Below the pieces are notes generated by a model, which worked only from the letters and a program-made list of their open reading frames with translations, had not been told where the DNA came from and made no database searches. A program made the position numbers and the translations under genes. From UHGV virus genome UHGV-1550212: a stretch of 64,000 nucleotides of DNA; one strand, 5' to 3'. The stretch is from a virus. Below are positions 18,066 to 29,300 of the stretch, piece by piece (the first letter of the stretch is position 1; every line of letters begins with the position of its first letter).

Positions 18066-18962
18066 TTACAATGTTCCGCAAAGCAATTCACGTAAATCCA
18101 TGCCAGCTTGTGTACTATACTGAGCAATAAGATTACGTTCTGAATCAGACATGCTCCAATAAATCTTATGCTGAGCTCTACGAATAATAGTATGAATGCC
18201 AGATGTGCTACAATTGAACTTCTTTGCAAGTTCTGCATGAGTTAACAAATCCGCATCGCCAAGGCCATACACATGTGTGAGTACAAGCTTTTCATTTTGA
18301 GTGAGTTGTTCAAATGCTCTTTGCAGAATCTTTGTGTTGCGTTTGTGAGCATCCTCGATTTCAAGAACTTCTTGGCCTGTTTTGAAGTCTGACCTCAAAT
18401 CATTCTGAACTGGTGACCATGCATCACCATCTTTATCAAGTGTAGTGTCATCCTTACTGGTGAATTGTTTGCCTTCAAGAGCTCTTTCATATGCTCCACG
18501 AATACCAGTAGATAATTGTTGACTTGTCAGATTGAGTTCGTCAAGCACATATTTCTTAATCCAAGGATATGCATATGTGCTAAACTTTGCTTCACGAACT
18601 CCTGCAGGCAATACGCCTTCTACGTAATTCTTGGCTGCTATTGACAATCCAAGATTGCCTGCTTGAATGACGTCATCCAATGGAACCGAGCGTTTGCCAG
18701 ATGCGAACCATAAGCTTCGTGCAACTGATATGACCAATCTTAAACAAGATTTGATAAGAGCTTCACGATTTTCTTGAGTCTTCTTGAATCGAGTAACATC
18801 ACAATATCGCTTTGCAGTAGCCAGCGATTTGACTTCTTCAGGAGTAAGCTCATTCTCCATCCTCATTTGCTTGAGCTCCTCCTTTGTGTATAGACGTTCT
18901 CTTGTGATTCTACCTACGTCCTTTACGTAGCCTTGATTGATTTGTGAATTTGAACCTGCCAT
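18066..18962 (-). CDS. sigma-70-family RNA polymerase sigma factor (298 aa)
   Basis: Region 2 is LDDVIQAGNLGLSIAAKNY...FSTYAYPWIKKYV (compare DLIQEGNIGLMKAV...FSTYATWWIRQAI). The region-4 HTH is LTHAELAKKFNCSTSGIHTIIRRAQHKI. Its own terminator lies at 18013-18047. Confidence 0.85.
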   Translation of the reverse strand: MAGSNSQINQGYVKDVGRITRERLYTKEELKQMRMENELTPEEVKSLATAKRYCDVTRFKKTQENREALIKSCLRLVISVARSLWFASGKRSVPLDDVIQAGNLGLSIAAKNYVEGVLPAGVREAKFSTYAYPWIKKYVLDELNLTSQQLSTGIRGAYERALEGKQFTSKDDTTLDKDGDAWSPVQNDLRSDFKTGQEVLEIEDAHKRNTKILQRAFEQLTQNEKLVLTHVYGLGDADLLTHAELAKKFNCSTSGIHTIIRRAQHKIYWSMSDSERNLIAQYSTQAGMDLRELLCGTL

Positions 18963-19064
18963 GGTTGTGTAACTTATTTAGTTTTAATTTGTTATATAAA
19001 TTTAATCATTTTTTGTCACATGTGAAACGTTTTGCACATTATTTTCACATAAAGTGTAAAAAAG

Positions 19065-20123
19065 TTATGAACGTCTTGTTAACAATGCATGACCACAATC
19101 ATAAACTGCAACATAGCCAGTGTTAAGCATCTCTTGCTCATCTTGGCCGGCGTCTACAATATGTTCTTTGCTGTTAAGTTTGACCCAGTGCTTGCAGATT
19201 GTTGATTTATCATCTGACAATTTAGGGTTAATGCAGAAGTCTGTTGAGTTTATTGTGTTGTCGAGATGTTGTTTGATGACATCGACAACTTGCTCTGGTG
19301 TCATCCAATCAAACACTGTTATGCAAGTGTAGCCATATTTGAGAGCAAGTTGAGCTTTGTTGAAGTGATAGTCGAATGGAATTGGATGATTGTGTTTTGA
19401 TTTGCCAATTGCATATGCATAGCCATATGTAGAGTTGTGACTGATTGTTGGGCAAATTTCAATCAGCAAATGCTTATAATGCAGGTCATATGACTGGCGT
19501 TCAATATTGACGTCATCACAGTCAAATGCAAGCCCAAGTTCTTGTAACAGCAAAGTTTGCCATCGTTTGTTTGTAGCTGATATGACATTTTTGTGAGCAT
19601 TGCGACATTTTTGATGCATACAAAAGAATGGGACACCATATTTTTGCTGCATCAATTTAGTGTCAATGCCTGCTGCATTGCCATAACGTTCAAGCTTCGT
19701 TGCTCTAATTTTGTCAGCATCACCCCAAATGTTGCCATATCGTTTGCGCTTTGTGTCTTGAGACTTCTTAATGTTGCCACTGCGGTTGCCATAAATAAGT
19801 TCCTTTGATTGACACGCATGTTCAGCAGCATCTGGCCCATATATGTGACCGTATTTTTGAAGCTTAATTTCATTGATACGTTCTACTGGGCCATTTGGAT
19901 GACCATAGCGTTCTTGTTTGATGCGTTTTGTGTGCTCAATTGTTGACTTTAATGCAAGCTTTGACGTGACGCCAAATTTGCGCAAACAGCCTATTCTAAT
20001 ATTGAAACTACGTTTAATATGTGATGCTTCTATTTTTGTAACAGCCAATTGCAATGCATCATCACGTTCAGTTTCAAGCATGCAAATTTGTTCATCAATT
20101 GTCATAGCATCAAACCATTTCAT
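19065..20123 (-). CDS. freestanding homing-endonuclease-like protein, paralogue 1 (352 aa)
   Basis: Carries six tandem (K/E/Q)(R/K)YG-x3-G repeats followed by YDLHYKHLLIEICPTISHNS, which resembles Vsr/DUF559-type nuclease cores. The C-terminal region aligns closely with 48845-49876. Confidence 0.75.
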   Translation of the reverse strand: MKWFDAMTIDEQICMLETERDDALQLAVTKIEASHIKRSFNIRIGCLRKFGVTSKLALKSTIEHTKRIKQERYGHPNGPVERINEIKLQKYGHIYGPDAAEHACQSKELIYGNRSGNIKKSQDTKRKRYGNIWGDADKIRATKLERYGNAAGIDTKLMQQKYGVPFFCMHQKCRNAHKNVISATNKRWQTLLLQELGLAFDCDDVNIERQSYDLHYKHLLIEICPTISHNSTYGYAYAIGKSKHNHPIPFDYHFNKAQLALKYGYTCITVFDWMTPEQVVDVIKQHLDNTINSTDFCINPKLSDDKSTICKHWVKLNSKEHIVDAGQDEQEMLNTGYVAVYDCGHALLTRRS

Positions 20124-21690
20124 TCAACTTGTCAACATTCTTTTTGGCATCTGCACTTTGTACAAATGCATAGACGTTGTCATAGACTTTGCTAATTGCT
20201 GCATCTGTATAGTCATAGAAGTTGTGTCGAGTTCTTGAAGTTCTACCACCTTTGATGCCGAGTGATGTTTTGTCAGAATCTGATGGTTTCCAATATGTTC
20301 GCCCAAACCCAGTAGATAAAATCATACTTTCCACACCAGACCTATCTCGAGGCATAGCATGCTTCAAATGGCAAGTTACAATGAAGTCAGTTGGAAAGTC
20401 ATCATAGCCAAGCTCACTTGATGCAGGTTGAATGTCAGTTTTCGTCAAGATAAGATTGCCAATGCATGCAATTGGGCGAAGGGGATTTCCTAATAGCAAG
20501 TGCCATTCGCCGATGGCGTCGCCCTTCAACAAGCTATTCATAACAGGGATTGCTGGTCGACCAATAGTGTTCAAGAATTTTGCAACAGCAAAACGTTGAA
20601 ATGCAAGTTTAGCAATCTGCTGCAATTTTTGTTTTGCTGCTTCTTTTCCACCACCGCTTGCATTCATAATGTTTTGGGCAATACCTTTGAAGAAGTCTGT
20701 GATTGAGTTGAATGAACCATCAAGTGCATCTTGAATAACTGCAGATTCAAGTTCAAGCGCTTTGTTCCAGAATATTGAAGGCTGACCGCCGACCCAATAT
20801 CGGCCCCCACCCCAAAACTTTGCATCATTGTATGTGCATTGCATCACATTGCTCAACAAGTCAAGCATTGCTGTTTTGGGATTGATTCCATCAATCGACT
20901 TCAATGAATAAAAGAATTTGACAGTCAATTCATGTTCGAAGTTCAAACCAACATCACGAATATGAGTCTGCGTAATTGAATCAATCGGGCCATAAACTTT
21001 GTTATGGTCATGTGTAGGGTCTATTGACAGTCGTGCTTTGCCACGCATTTGGTCTTTTGCATACACTGGGTCCATCAATTTTGCCACTCGACCCATCCAG
21101 CCACTAATGCCATAATTACCTCCACTGTCACCACGCATTTCGCCTTGCTCCAATGCAGCAGATAATTCTTTCCAACGCATGCCAAAACTGAAGCTTAGCA
21201 AATCTTCAAGTTTGTTGTTTTCACCATCAAACCACGTAATCATATGGGCGATTTCTGGTGTTTGCTGAACTGTTGTGTTGAAGATGTCATCTTGACATGG
21301 CTCAGCAAATCTACGCAATGTGATGAGTCTGTTGTTCGGGATTTGGCCAAGAAATCTGCAATATGCAAAGTCTTGCCAATCATATGTTGATGCACCAATG
21401 GGGTTGTTGATGATATTTGCTGCAGTAGGCGTCAAGTATTGCAGGCCTTGCAAGTCTTGGTCAAAGTACACAGTTTTGCCATCAGGCAATTGCGGTGCTG
21501 CAAATAGATTCCATGCATTGAACAAAGACTGCACACCTTGTTTTGATGCATCTTCTGCACCACGAGGCATATCAGCATTGAGCTTCTTTTCATAAAAACC
21601 ATGCTCATAATCTGTTTCTTGTGCAAATGCGCCAGTCAGTGTGCTACTATCTGCATTAAGCTTATTGTCTTTTGGCGGAGCTATTGTAGC
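20110..21690 (-). CDS. hypothetical virion protein (526 aa)
   Basis: Long ORF. The tracked start at 21723 is TTG, so ATG 21690 (MATIAPPKDNK...) is preferred, downstream of the GGTACATATCC motif. Confidence 0.75.
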   Translation of the reverse strand, partial: ATIAPPKDNKLNADSSTLTGAFAQETDYEHGFYEKKLNADMPRGAEDASKQGVQSLFNAWNLFAAPQLPDGKTVYFDQDLQGLQYLTPTAANIINNPIGASTYDWQDFAYCRFLGQIPNNRLITLRRFAEPCQDDIFNTTVQQTPEIAHMITWFDGENNKLEDLLSFSFGMRWKELSAALEQGEMRGDSGGNYGISGWMGRVAKLMDPVYAKDQMRGKARLSIDPTHDHNKVYGPIDSITQTHIRDVGLNFEHELTVKFFYSLKSIDGINPKTAMLDLLSNVMQCTYNDAKFWGGGRYWVGGQPSIFWNKALELESAVIQDALDGSFNSITDFFKGIAQNIMNASGGGKEAAKQKLQQIAKLAFQRFAVAKFLNTIGRPAIPVMNSLLKGDAIGEWHLLLGNPLRPIACIGNLILTKTDIQPASSELGYDDFPTDFIVTCHLKHAMPRDRSGVESMILSTGFGRTYWKPSDSDKTSLGIKGGRTSRTRHNFYDYTDAAISKVYDNVYAFVQSADAKKNVDKLNEMV

Positions 21691-21731
21691 CATATCTTCA
21701 AATGTATTTAGGATATGTACCAAACAAACAA

Positions 21732-21758
21732 AAAGCTTGACTTATTCAGTCAAGCTTT
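21732..21758 (-). terminator. hairpin/terminator that overlaps the stop codon of 21742-22233
   Basis: 10-bp stem AAAGCTTGAC/GTCAAGCTTT followed by UUUGUUUG. Confidence 0.55.
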
Positions 21759-22233
21759 GTTCAGAAAGTTCAATAATTTGTGTTTCGTATAGTCGTCGTA
21801 GTTCATCAAATCTTACACAGTTTTTGTCATACAGTGTAGCAAGGCCTTGCAATGCTTGTTGTTTGCTTGTCCATATGATGTCAGCAGTCAAATCCCATAG
21901 CCACTTTTGTGCATAATAAAACTTCCAGTCATGCCAAAATGTCTGTGCAGTGATTTGCTGTTCTTTATCATCAATGTAGATAAAGTGATGTGTTGGATTG
22001 CCGCTTTCAAGGTCTATGAATCTGAATGTTTTGTTTGCTACATGCTTAGCAATCCATTCGTCAGACGCAATGACTTCTTGTAACGCACATTGATAATAGT
22101 AGCGTTTTGCAATATCAAAGTGTCGAACTACTACGCCACGAAACAATGTCCATAGCCAGGGCTCTTCTTCTGAACTTCTAATCCAATAAACTTCTTGATT
22201 TACTGGTAGAAAATCGTAGTGAACGAGGTCCAT
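21742..22233 (-). CDS. hypothetical protein (163 aa)
   Basis: ATG ORF. Its stop codon lies in the loop of hairpin 21732-21758. Confidence 0.65.
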   Translation of the reverse strand: MDLVHYDFLPVNQEVYWIRSSEEEPWLWTLFRGVVVRHFDIAKRYYYQCALQEVIASDEWIAKHVANKTFRFIDLESGNPTHHFIYIDDKEQQITAQTFWHDWKFYYAQKWLWDLTADIIWTSKQQALQGLATLYDKNCVRFDELRRLYETQIIELSEQSLTE

Positions 22234-22236
22234 CGC

Positions 22237-22866
22237 TTACAGATGCACATTTACACTTGTCACAAGGTCGCAATCAATCAATGCTTTGAGCGTGTCAATT
22301 TCATTGTAGCCAAATGCACTTGTAGCAGCAAGCACATGATTGACATCAACTGCAGCAGTAATGTCAACCACAACAGTTTTGTCATCTTCAAGTGGCTGCA
22401 AACGTTTAATGAGTTGATGCAGCATATCATCTGCCGGTATGCTTGGCTGTTGTGCAGATTCAGCAACATAAGTGGTTTTGACTGGCTGTTGCGCAGGATA
22501 TGCAGGCACTGGTGACACTGGTTCAACTGAGCGCTCAGTTTGTAGCGCAGCAACTGGCTGCGTTGGCAAAATTGTCTCTGACACAGTACTGCCATCTGCA
22601 GCAGTTGTAGTTACGCTTGGAATCACAATTGGCTGAGAGAACACGTCGTCTTGAGGACGATTCCAGGTTTCAATTTCAGACAATGCATAAAGACGATTTT
22701 GGTCATCCCATGCCTTATCAGCTTCTTCGTCAATTGCAACAATTGTTCGAATTTCTGCTGTTGCTGGCCTATCGCCATTTTCAAGTTGTTCAATGACTCT
22801 GATAGGCGCTATTGATGTTCGTGACATATTTGGATGGTTTTTTTTATATTGTACAACGTAAAGCAT
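22237..22866 (-). CDS. hypothetical protein (209 aa; alternative start 22827)
   Basis: ATG ORF. An internal ATG at 22827 is preceded by the TTGTACAATATAAAA motif, so the true start is uncertain. Confidence 0.6.
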   Translation of the reverse strand: MLYVVQYKKNHPNMSRTSIAPIRVIEQLENGDRPATAEIRTIVAIDEEADKAWDDQNRLYALSEIETWNRPQDDVFSQPIVIPSVTTTAADGSTVSETILPTQPVAALQTERSVEPVSPVPAYPAQQPVKTTYVAESAQQPSIPADDMLHQLIKRLQPLEDDKTVVVDITAAVDVNHVLAATSAFGYNEIDTLKALIDCDLVTSVNVHL

Positions 22867-22905
22867 GCATTTGCATCTGTGTACGTTATTTTTATGCTGA
22901 GCACT

Positions 22906-22939
22906 CTGCGTAAAATAGCAAAATGCTTATTTTACGCAG
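22906..22939 (-). terminator. hairpin after the tail-fibre gene
   Basis: 12-bp stem CTGCGTAAAATA/TATTTTACGCAG with a 10-nt loop and no clean U-run. Confidence 0.5.
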
Positions 22940-22956
22940 GGTACTACAAATTAACT

Positions 22957-25900
22957 TTATCGTACGATGAATGGCTTGTTAGAGTCTTCAATAATCATTG
23001 AGCCGATGCCATGCAGCTCTTGAGTAACCTCGACAGATACATCTTGTGCAGTGTTGTATGAGCACTTGAATGCTGCAACTCGACTAAATGCGTCAATGTC
23101 TGAATAACTGAGTTCATCAACTTGTATTGAGATTTCACCAATTGCTGGCGCAGTCTTTGATGGTGTAATTGTGATGTCATGCAGCCAGCCCGGATTGCCA
23201 ACAATGACTGCAGTCAATGATTCACCATCAATTGGATTGACAACTTCATAATTGAAGCTCAAAGTCTTTGATGAGTCATCAGTTGTTGCTGACGCAGGCG
23301 TAATGTTGATTGTTGTTACGCCTTTCGCAGCCTGAACAATTTGTGCAGTAACATCTTGAGCATTGATGTGAGAGAACTTAACTGAGCAGCTACGTTGTTC
23401 TGTCGTTAAGTTGCGGTCACATTCAATAGTCAAGTAGCCTTTGCCTGTGTTATCATCATATTCGAAATTTGTGTCAGTGAATACGCCAGCTCCATTAAGA
23501 ACTTCATATGACAACTGCTGACCTGCAATTGGATTGCCAACAGTGACCTCAAAGACTGCTTGAGTATCTGTTGACTTCAATTGAGCAATAATCGGCTCAA
23601 CAGTTATTGTCGACACGCCTTGAGCTGCTTGTGTAATGTTGACTGTTACGTTGTCAGCAGTCATATATGACAGTCTCAAGTATAAGTTACGAGTAGCTGT
23701 TGCAGTGTTGATGTCAAGCGCAAATTGTATTGTGCCAGCTGACATATTTACTACAGGTTCGCCAACAAAGCCAGAGCCCTCTGCAGCAACTGTCAGTGTT
23801 TCGTCTTCAATAGGATTGGTGATGCTAAAGTTAACTGTAAACGAACCACCATTAGCTGCTGCGTTGATTGTCAGCGGTTCAGCATTGATGACTGTAGCTT
23901 CTTTAGCAGCCTGAGCAAGCGATACTGCTACATTGTCTGCAGTTGGATATTGTAGTACAATGTTTGCTGTACGAGTGCTTGTTTGCAATGTCTTGTCATA
24001 ATCAAATGTAATCTTGCCATCAGCAACTTGAACATTGTGAATCCAGCTTTTTGTTGCATATGCAGTGACTGCAGCACCAGCATAGCCATTACGAATTTGA
24101 TATGTAATTTCAGATGAACCGCCAGCAGCATTAAGTGACATAGAACTTGTGACAATGATTTCAGGCCTTGTTGATGCACTTGTGCTGTATTGAACTACAG
24201 ATGCAATTACACGAGGCTCAAATATGACAGCATTTGCAGAGCCGCCAAATGTCGGTGTTGCAATCACATAGATTGGCCAAACTCCACTTGATGCGACATT
24301 GCGTAAGATTGCTCGATAGTGCAGTTCATTGCATGCATCTTGCAATTCACTCCATGTTTTTGCAGTGTCAATTGTTGTCAAGCATGCAGGCAACACCGCA
24401 CATGTTGATGGCTTATCGGCGTCAATAGGTGTTGCATTGCCACTTGCTATTGGTTTGTAGCTCAAGTCGACTTTGACTGATGCATAACCATTGCCATACA
24501 CAATGAATGGCACAGTGATATCAAGCAAAATATCGACAGTTGCAGGCATGTTCAGATATGCTGGCAGCGGTACAAGCGTTTGCATTGCAGTAGCACCTGG
24601 CACATTGTCATCGAATGATTCAACATACACAGGTGGCGTCAAATCATCTTTGTGAGCATATTCTGCATGAGTGTGGTCTGAATGTGACACTGTGCTTGCA
24701 TAACCAGACCCAGCAAAGTCTTTATTGAATGCAGACTTCTTTGCTTCTTCAGTCAATCTGCCAGAGCCATCATATGCCAGCACAGTATTTGATGCGCCGA
24801 CACCTGCTGCAAGATGATTTGAGCCATCAATGAAGACATGTTTATATTGACGTTCAAACAAATGAGCATCAAAATTGTCAAATATCGAATTGAACAGCTT
24901 TTTGACTGCGGATGCTGTAGGCAGATGCTTGTTTGCATTTGCGCCATCAATGATGATACTTGCCCAATTGTCTGAGCTCTTGAAGATGCCAAGAAGCATA
25001 TCGATGACTTTGCCAGTAGCGTCTGTGCCAAGAACACTTGCACCAGGCAGTTTCATCAATTGTAAGTCGACTGTTGCAGCAAGTTTAAGCAACTGCTTTG
25101 TCAATGTCAGAATGTCTGTGACAACTCCAGCATCTGACAATGCTGCAATGCGATATGACTGATTGATGAGTTGCGCAAACTTATATGCACGAATGAATGA
25201 CTCTCGCTTTGCTTCTGCATCCAAGCCTTTTGCCAAGAACAACTCATCATATTTCAGATTTGCATATGACAATATGTCAAGCTCATTGACTGCAGATGTA
25301 AAATGATTGCGAAGTCTAATGCCCTCATATGATTGCCACAATGCAGCCAAATCAGCAAATGACTTGACATGTGAATCATCTGATGCAAAGCCAAACACAA
25401 GACCGCTGTTAAAGTCGTTTTGCAACAGCATATGTGGAAAAGCATCAATGCCTGGCAACTGATTCTTTTTGTCTGCATCAAGACGATTCAGTGTTCGTTG
25501 TGTGAGGTCGTAATAGTAATATGGATTGCCCAATATCTGCACAACTGGCTTTGCTGCTTTGTTGTTTGCATTGCCAAGACCATCAATTTGTGTATCACTC
25601 GGTGCAAGCAGAATAACTGAGCTGTCAACGTTATTGTATCGAGGCACACTTTCAAGCCCTATTGACAATGCGCCTGTATGCTTGTTTGAGTAGCTGTTGT
25701 CGATTTCTGCACCAGGCTGGCCATCTGCTGCAATGTTGAACATTGCTGCGTATGACTTGATTGTACCGCCGTACTTTGTTTTGATGAGCTCTTCAATGAT
25801 TTGCGTAATGATGACATTCAAGTTATCATTGTCACTTGTCAGCAATTGCAAGCCCGTAAATTGCCACCATTGCGCATCATCTGATGACGCGTCATACCAG

Positions 25901-26295
25901 TACACTTTGCCATCTGGTGCAATGACCCAGTCTGCGTATGACAAAGCATCTGTATGCAAAATGTTGCAAAACGCGGGTTTGTTTGCATCTGAACAGAACT
26001 CATTGAATGCTGCAGCATCGACAACTTTTGCAGTACCTGCGTCATTTTGCGTAGCTGACCAATCACTGCCAAATGTTGCATTGATATCAGCAAGTGATGC
26101 ATACATAATGCGGTTGCCTCGATAGCCATCGAAGCCAGGCAAACCGCGGTCACCAGTTTCACCAATACGACCCTTAAATAGGGGGGAATTCACAATTCTA
26201 CTGAAATTGTAATTCAAAATTTCACACAACTCTGCATAAGATGTGACTTGAAGTTTTTTCAGTACAATTGGCTGTGCTTTATGTTCTGCAGACAT
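22957..26295 (-). CDS. tail fibre protein with collagen-like motif and C-terminal BACON-like repeats (1112 aa)
   Basis: Contains the G-x-Y run GRIGETGDRGLPGFDGYRGN near the N-terminus and an HSDHTHAEYAH motif. Four C-terminal repeats of about 90 aa end ...V(T/S)V.(I/V)TQ(A/E)A.G. Confidence 0.85.
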   Translation of the reverse strand: MSAEHKAQPIVLKKLQVTSYAELCEILNYNFSRIVNSPLFKGRIGETGDRGLPGFDGYRGNRIMYASLADINATFGSDWSATQNDAGTAKVVDAAAFNEFCSDANKPAFCNILHTDALSYADWVIAPDGKVYWYDASSDDAQWWQFTGLQLLTSDNDNLNVIITQIIEELIKTKYGGTIKSYAAMFNIAADGQPGAEIDNSYSNKHTGALSIGLESVPRYNNVDSSVILLAPSDTQIDGLGNANNKAAKPVVQILGNPYYYYDLTQRTLNRLDADKKNQLPGIDAFPHMLLQNDFNSGLVFGFASDDSHVKSFADLAALWQSYEGIRLRNHFTSAVNELDILSYANLKYDELFLAKGLDAEAKRESFIRAYKFAQLINQSYRIAALSDAGVVTDILTLTKQLLKLAATVDLQLMKLPGASVLGTDATGKVIDMLLGIFKSSDNWASIIIDGANANKHLPTASAVKKLFNSIFDNFDAHLFERQYKHVFIDGSNHLAAGVGASNTVLAYDGSGRLTEEAKKSAFNKDFAGSGYASTVSHSDHTHAEYAHKDDLTPPVYVESFDDNVPGATAMQTLVPLPAYLNMPATVDILLDITVPFIVYGNGYASVKVDLSYKPIASGNATPIDADKPSTCAVLPACLTTIDTAKTWSELQDACNELHYRAILRNVASSGVWPIYVIATPTFGGSANAVIFEPRVIASVVQYSTSASTRPEIIVTSSMSLNAAGGSSEITYQIRNGYAGAAVTAYATKSWIHNVQVADGKITFDYDKTLQTSTRTANIVLQYPTADNVAVSLAQAAKEATVINAEPLTINAAANGGSFTVNFSITNPIEDETLTVAAEGSGFVGEPVVNMSAGTIQFALDINTATATRNLYLRLSYMTADNVTVNITQAAQGVSTITVEPIIAQLKSTDTQAVFEVTVGNPIAGQQLSYEVLNGAGVFTDTNFEYDDNTGKGYLTIECDRNLTTEQRSCSVKFSHINAQDVTAQIVQAAKGVTTINITPASATTDDSSKTLSFNYEVVNPIDGESLTAVIVGNPGWLHDITITPSKTAPAIGEISIQVDELSYSDIDAFSRVAAFKCSYNTAQDVSVEVTQELHGIGSMIIEDSNKPFIVR

Positions 26296-26312
26296 ATTGT
26301 TCAGATGTTTTG

Positions 26313-26328
26313 CTTTGTATATGTATCG
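26313..26328 (-). promoter_or_regulatory. late-type promoter-like motif (CGATACATATACAAAG)
   Basis: It lies about 18 nt upstream of the fibre-gene ATG 26295. Confidence 0.4.
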
Positions 26329-26360
26329 AATCTCATTGCATTTGATTATGTATCACTGTG

Positions 26361-26392
26361 TGCATTTTGCATCACGAAGTGCATTTTGCATA
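26361..26392 (+). promoter_or_regulatory. two TGCATTTTGCAT boxes in the fibre-gene intergenic region
   Basis: The boxes lie at 26361-26374 and 26380-26392. Their orientation is opposite to that of the flanking minus-strand genes. Confidence 0.4.
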
Positions 26393-26395
26393 TCA

Positions 26396-29300
26396 TCATT
26401 GCCACTCTACAATGCACCTTGCTGCGCCTTGTTGAGCTTCAAATTGCACTGTGACATATGAATTTGAGCTGTCCCTGTTCAATGCAATTGGCATGATGAG
26501 CTGACCTGTAAAGACATCATAGAATGTCAATGTTGGTTGTGGCAGTTTTGCAATCAAGTAATTTGCATATTGCATTGATTTTGCATTGTCGCCAAGCAAT
26601 TTTGCAAGTACTGCTACAAGCGATAAGCGTTGTTCTGCACCAGCAACATCAGGTAATTGCAGTTCTGCTGTTTTTGTTGTTGCAATAGACATAATTGCTG
26701 CGAACATGCAAAGTTCAAACACTGTAGGGCCTGCAATATGCTCAAATGTGCCATCAAGCCAAACTCTTGACAATTGTGTTGACAATGGGCTAATGACTTG
26801 TTCTACTGTAAGAACTTCATTGTCAATCAATGCCCACAAATGAACTGAACTTGACTGAGCAAACGCTACTTTGTGCTGCAAAGACTCATCATCATTTGCA
26901 AGCGCAGACCATTGCGTAACTTGAGTCAATTCAGGCAGACAATATGTGCCATATCGAGTCAAATTGACAAGCAGCTTATTTGTTGGACTTGCATTTGCAG
27001 GGTCTGCATCAATGATTTGCTGCTGCATAAACTTTTGCATTACTGCAATTCCATCAAGAGCATTGATTGCATCACGTTGATTGTAGAATGCTATTGGCGC
27101 GAATCTATGAATCATTGTCTGCATTGTTGGCATAACTTGCATCACAATGCTTGTCATCATTGACTCAAGAATTCGTGGTTTAACAGAGCCCTCGATAAAT
27201 GCATCGACGTCATTGTCAAATGTCACAGCAAGCTCTGTTTGTATCATATGTCGAGGCCAACTGTATGTTTCACCAGACTCGTATTCAATTGATGGAATGA
27301 TGTCTTTGACCCAGATGATTGCTTCTGTGTCATTCAGCAAGTTCACTTCAATTACATCGAACAGTTGTACAACTGCAGTCTTATATGCTACTGCACTTGT
27401 CCAGTTTGTTATGTCAAGTTTGACATTTGTGCCTACAATGAAGATGTCCTTAATTGAGAACAAGTTTTGCAATGCAATAACTTTGATTGCAATGTCAATT
27501 GAGCCGTCATCATTTATGACGATTGGCTTGTCTACTGTAGTGCCTTTGTATGGAAAGCTTGCAACAGTTTTGCTAAGCGGATAACAGTTGAATGCTACAT
27601 CTACTTGTGCAATTTTATTGTCATCAAGAGCAACGATGCTTGAATTGTCATAGTAGATGCTTTTGTCAATTGCAGATGTTTGCAAAACGCCATCAAGATT
27701 GACAAGAGACTGGTCAATAACTTTGAATGGCAATACAACTGTCAATGTTTTGAACTTGTTATTGATGATAAGCTGCGGTTTGCATTCAAATATGCTGTCA
27801 CCATCTACTCTGACTACTGCAAAACGCCAGCCAACATACGATGATGACACACTGTATTCAACACCCTTAAACAATGCAAATGCTGTGATATGGTCTGGCT
27901 TGGCGTAGCAATATGTGTAGCATGGCACTTCAAGAACAGCCTTGTCAGTTACAGCAAATTTATGTGTCAGTTTTGTGTCAAATACATCGATAGTAGTGTC
28001 AGCAAACTCTTTTATGTCAATTGCTTCTGTGGCATATGACTTGCAAAGCAGTTTTGCATGCTGATGCTGCAGCACATAGTCAGGACAACCAGACCCTTCA
28101 ACAAACCAGCTATAGTTAAATGAATCCAGCGCAATTCCTGTCAAGCGCTCATATGGCGCAAAGCCAGTACAGTTGAATGCTATTGAATTATTTGCTCTGT
28201 ATTGCTTGTTCAGCGCATCAGTAGCTTCAATTGCAGCAAAATGACATTGACGAATATTAGGCTTATTGTCCTTGTCATTAACTGCAAGGTCGTCAAATCT
28301 GTCATAGACAGAATCAGAAAATATCAATGCAGAGTCTTTTGACTCAAGAGTCTTAATTGCGTTTGGCTGTGAGTTGCCTTGCAATTGCTTAACATGCTGA
28401 GCTATTGCATCAACATATTGCATACGTTTTGACTTTTCTGCTGTAGCAGTCATGCTAGTAGCCCATGCATCAATATCGAATTCTGTGTTTGCTGTCAGTC
28501 TCAATTCAGACTCATAGAAGCCTGACCAGTCATACACATCATGCAATTTACAAAGTCGAGCTTGCGCAGCTTGAATTTGCAGCATGTCAAATGCAATTTT
28601 GACTGCAATGTCTGGTAGTACATCATCTACAAGTACTACAAGCGAATCAATAGATGTCAATGACTCATCAATTTCTGCAAGAGTCATCAATTGACGAATT
28701 CGTACTTTGATTGCATCGGTGTCATTAAGATGCAGCAACAATGCATTTGCAGTTTGCAAGTATTGTCGCATTGTAGCACTAATGACAAGTGAATTATTGA
28801 CAGTAACTGCTGCATCAAATTGCACTGTTTGACTGCTGTATGTACTTTTCTTGTACATCGACCACGGCAGCAAAACTTCAATGTTGACGTCATTTGAGTT
28901 GCAATTTGTCTCAATTCGCAGTCTTGGATTGCTTTCTGCACTATACTTTGACGATGGCAACACTGTTACAGTATAGTCATATGTAGACTTTGCTGATGCA
29001 TTTTTGAATGCTTCAATGAATCTGTCAATGCTTTCTTGCCAGTTTAGACCAAACAAGAATTGATTGTCATCAACTGTTCGGCCATATTCCCATGCATATA
29101 GACGTTCACCATCGATGCCAGCATCTTTCATTTGGCAAATAACTTGCACATCGACTTTGCCATCTACAATGATTTCGAATTTTTCACCAGGCGTCATTTT
29201 GCCTGTCAATTCCAAATCAAGTGTTCGCTTTCGTGTAAACGTGTTTGGCTTAAGACCATCATTTGCAGAAAATGATGCTACAACAGTTTCTGCGTACAGC

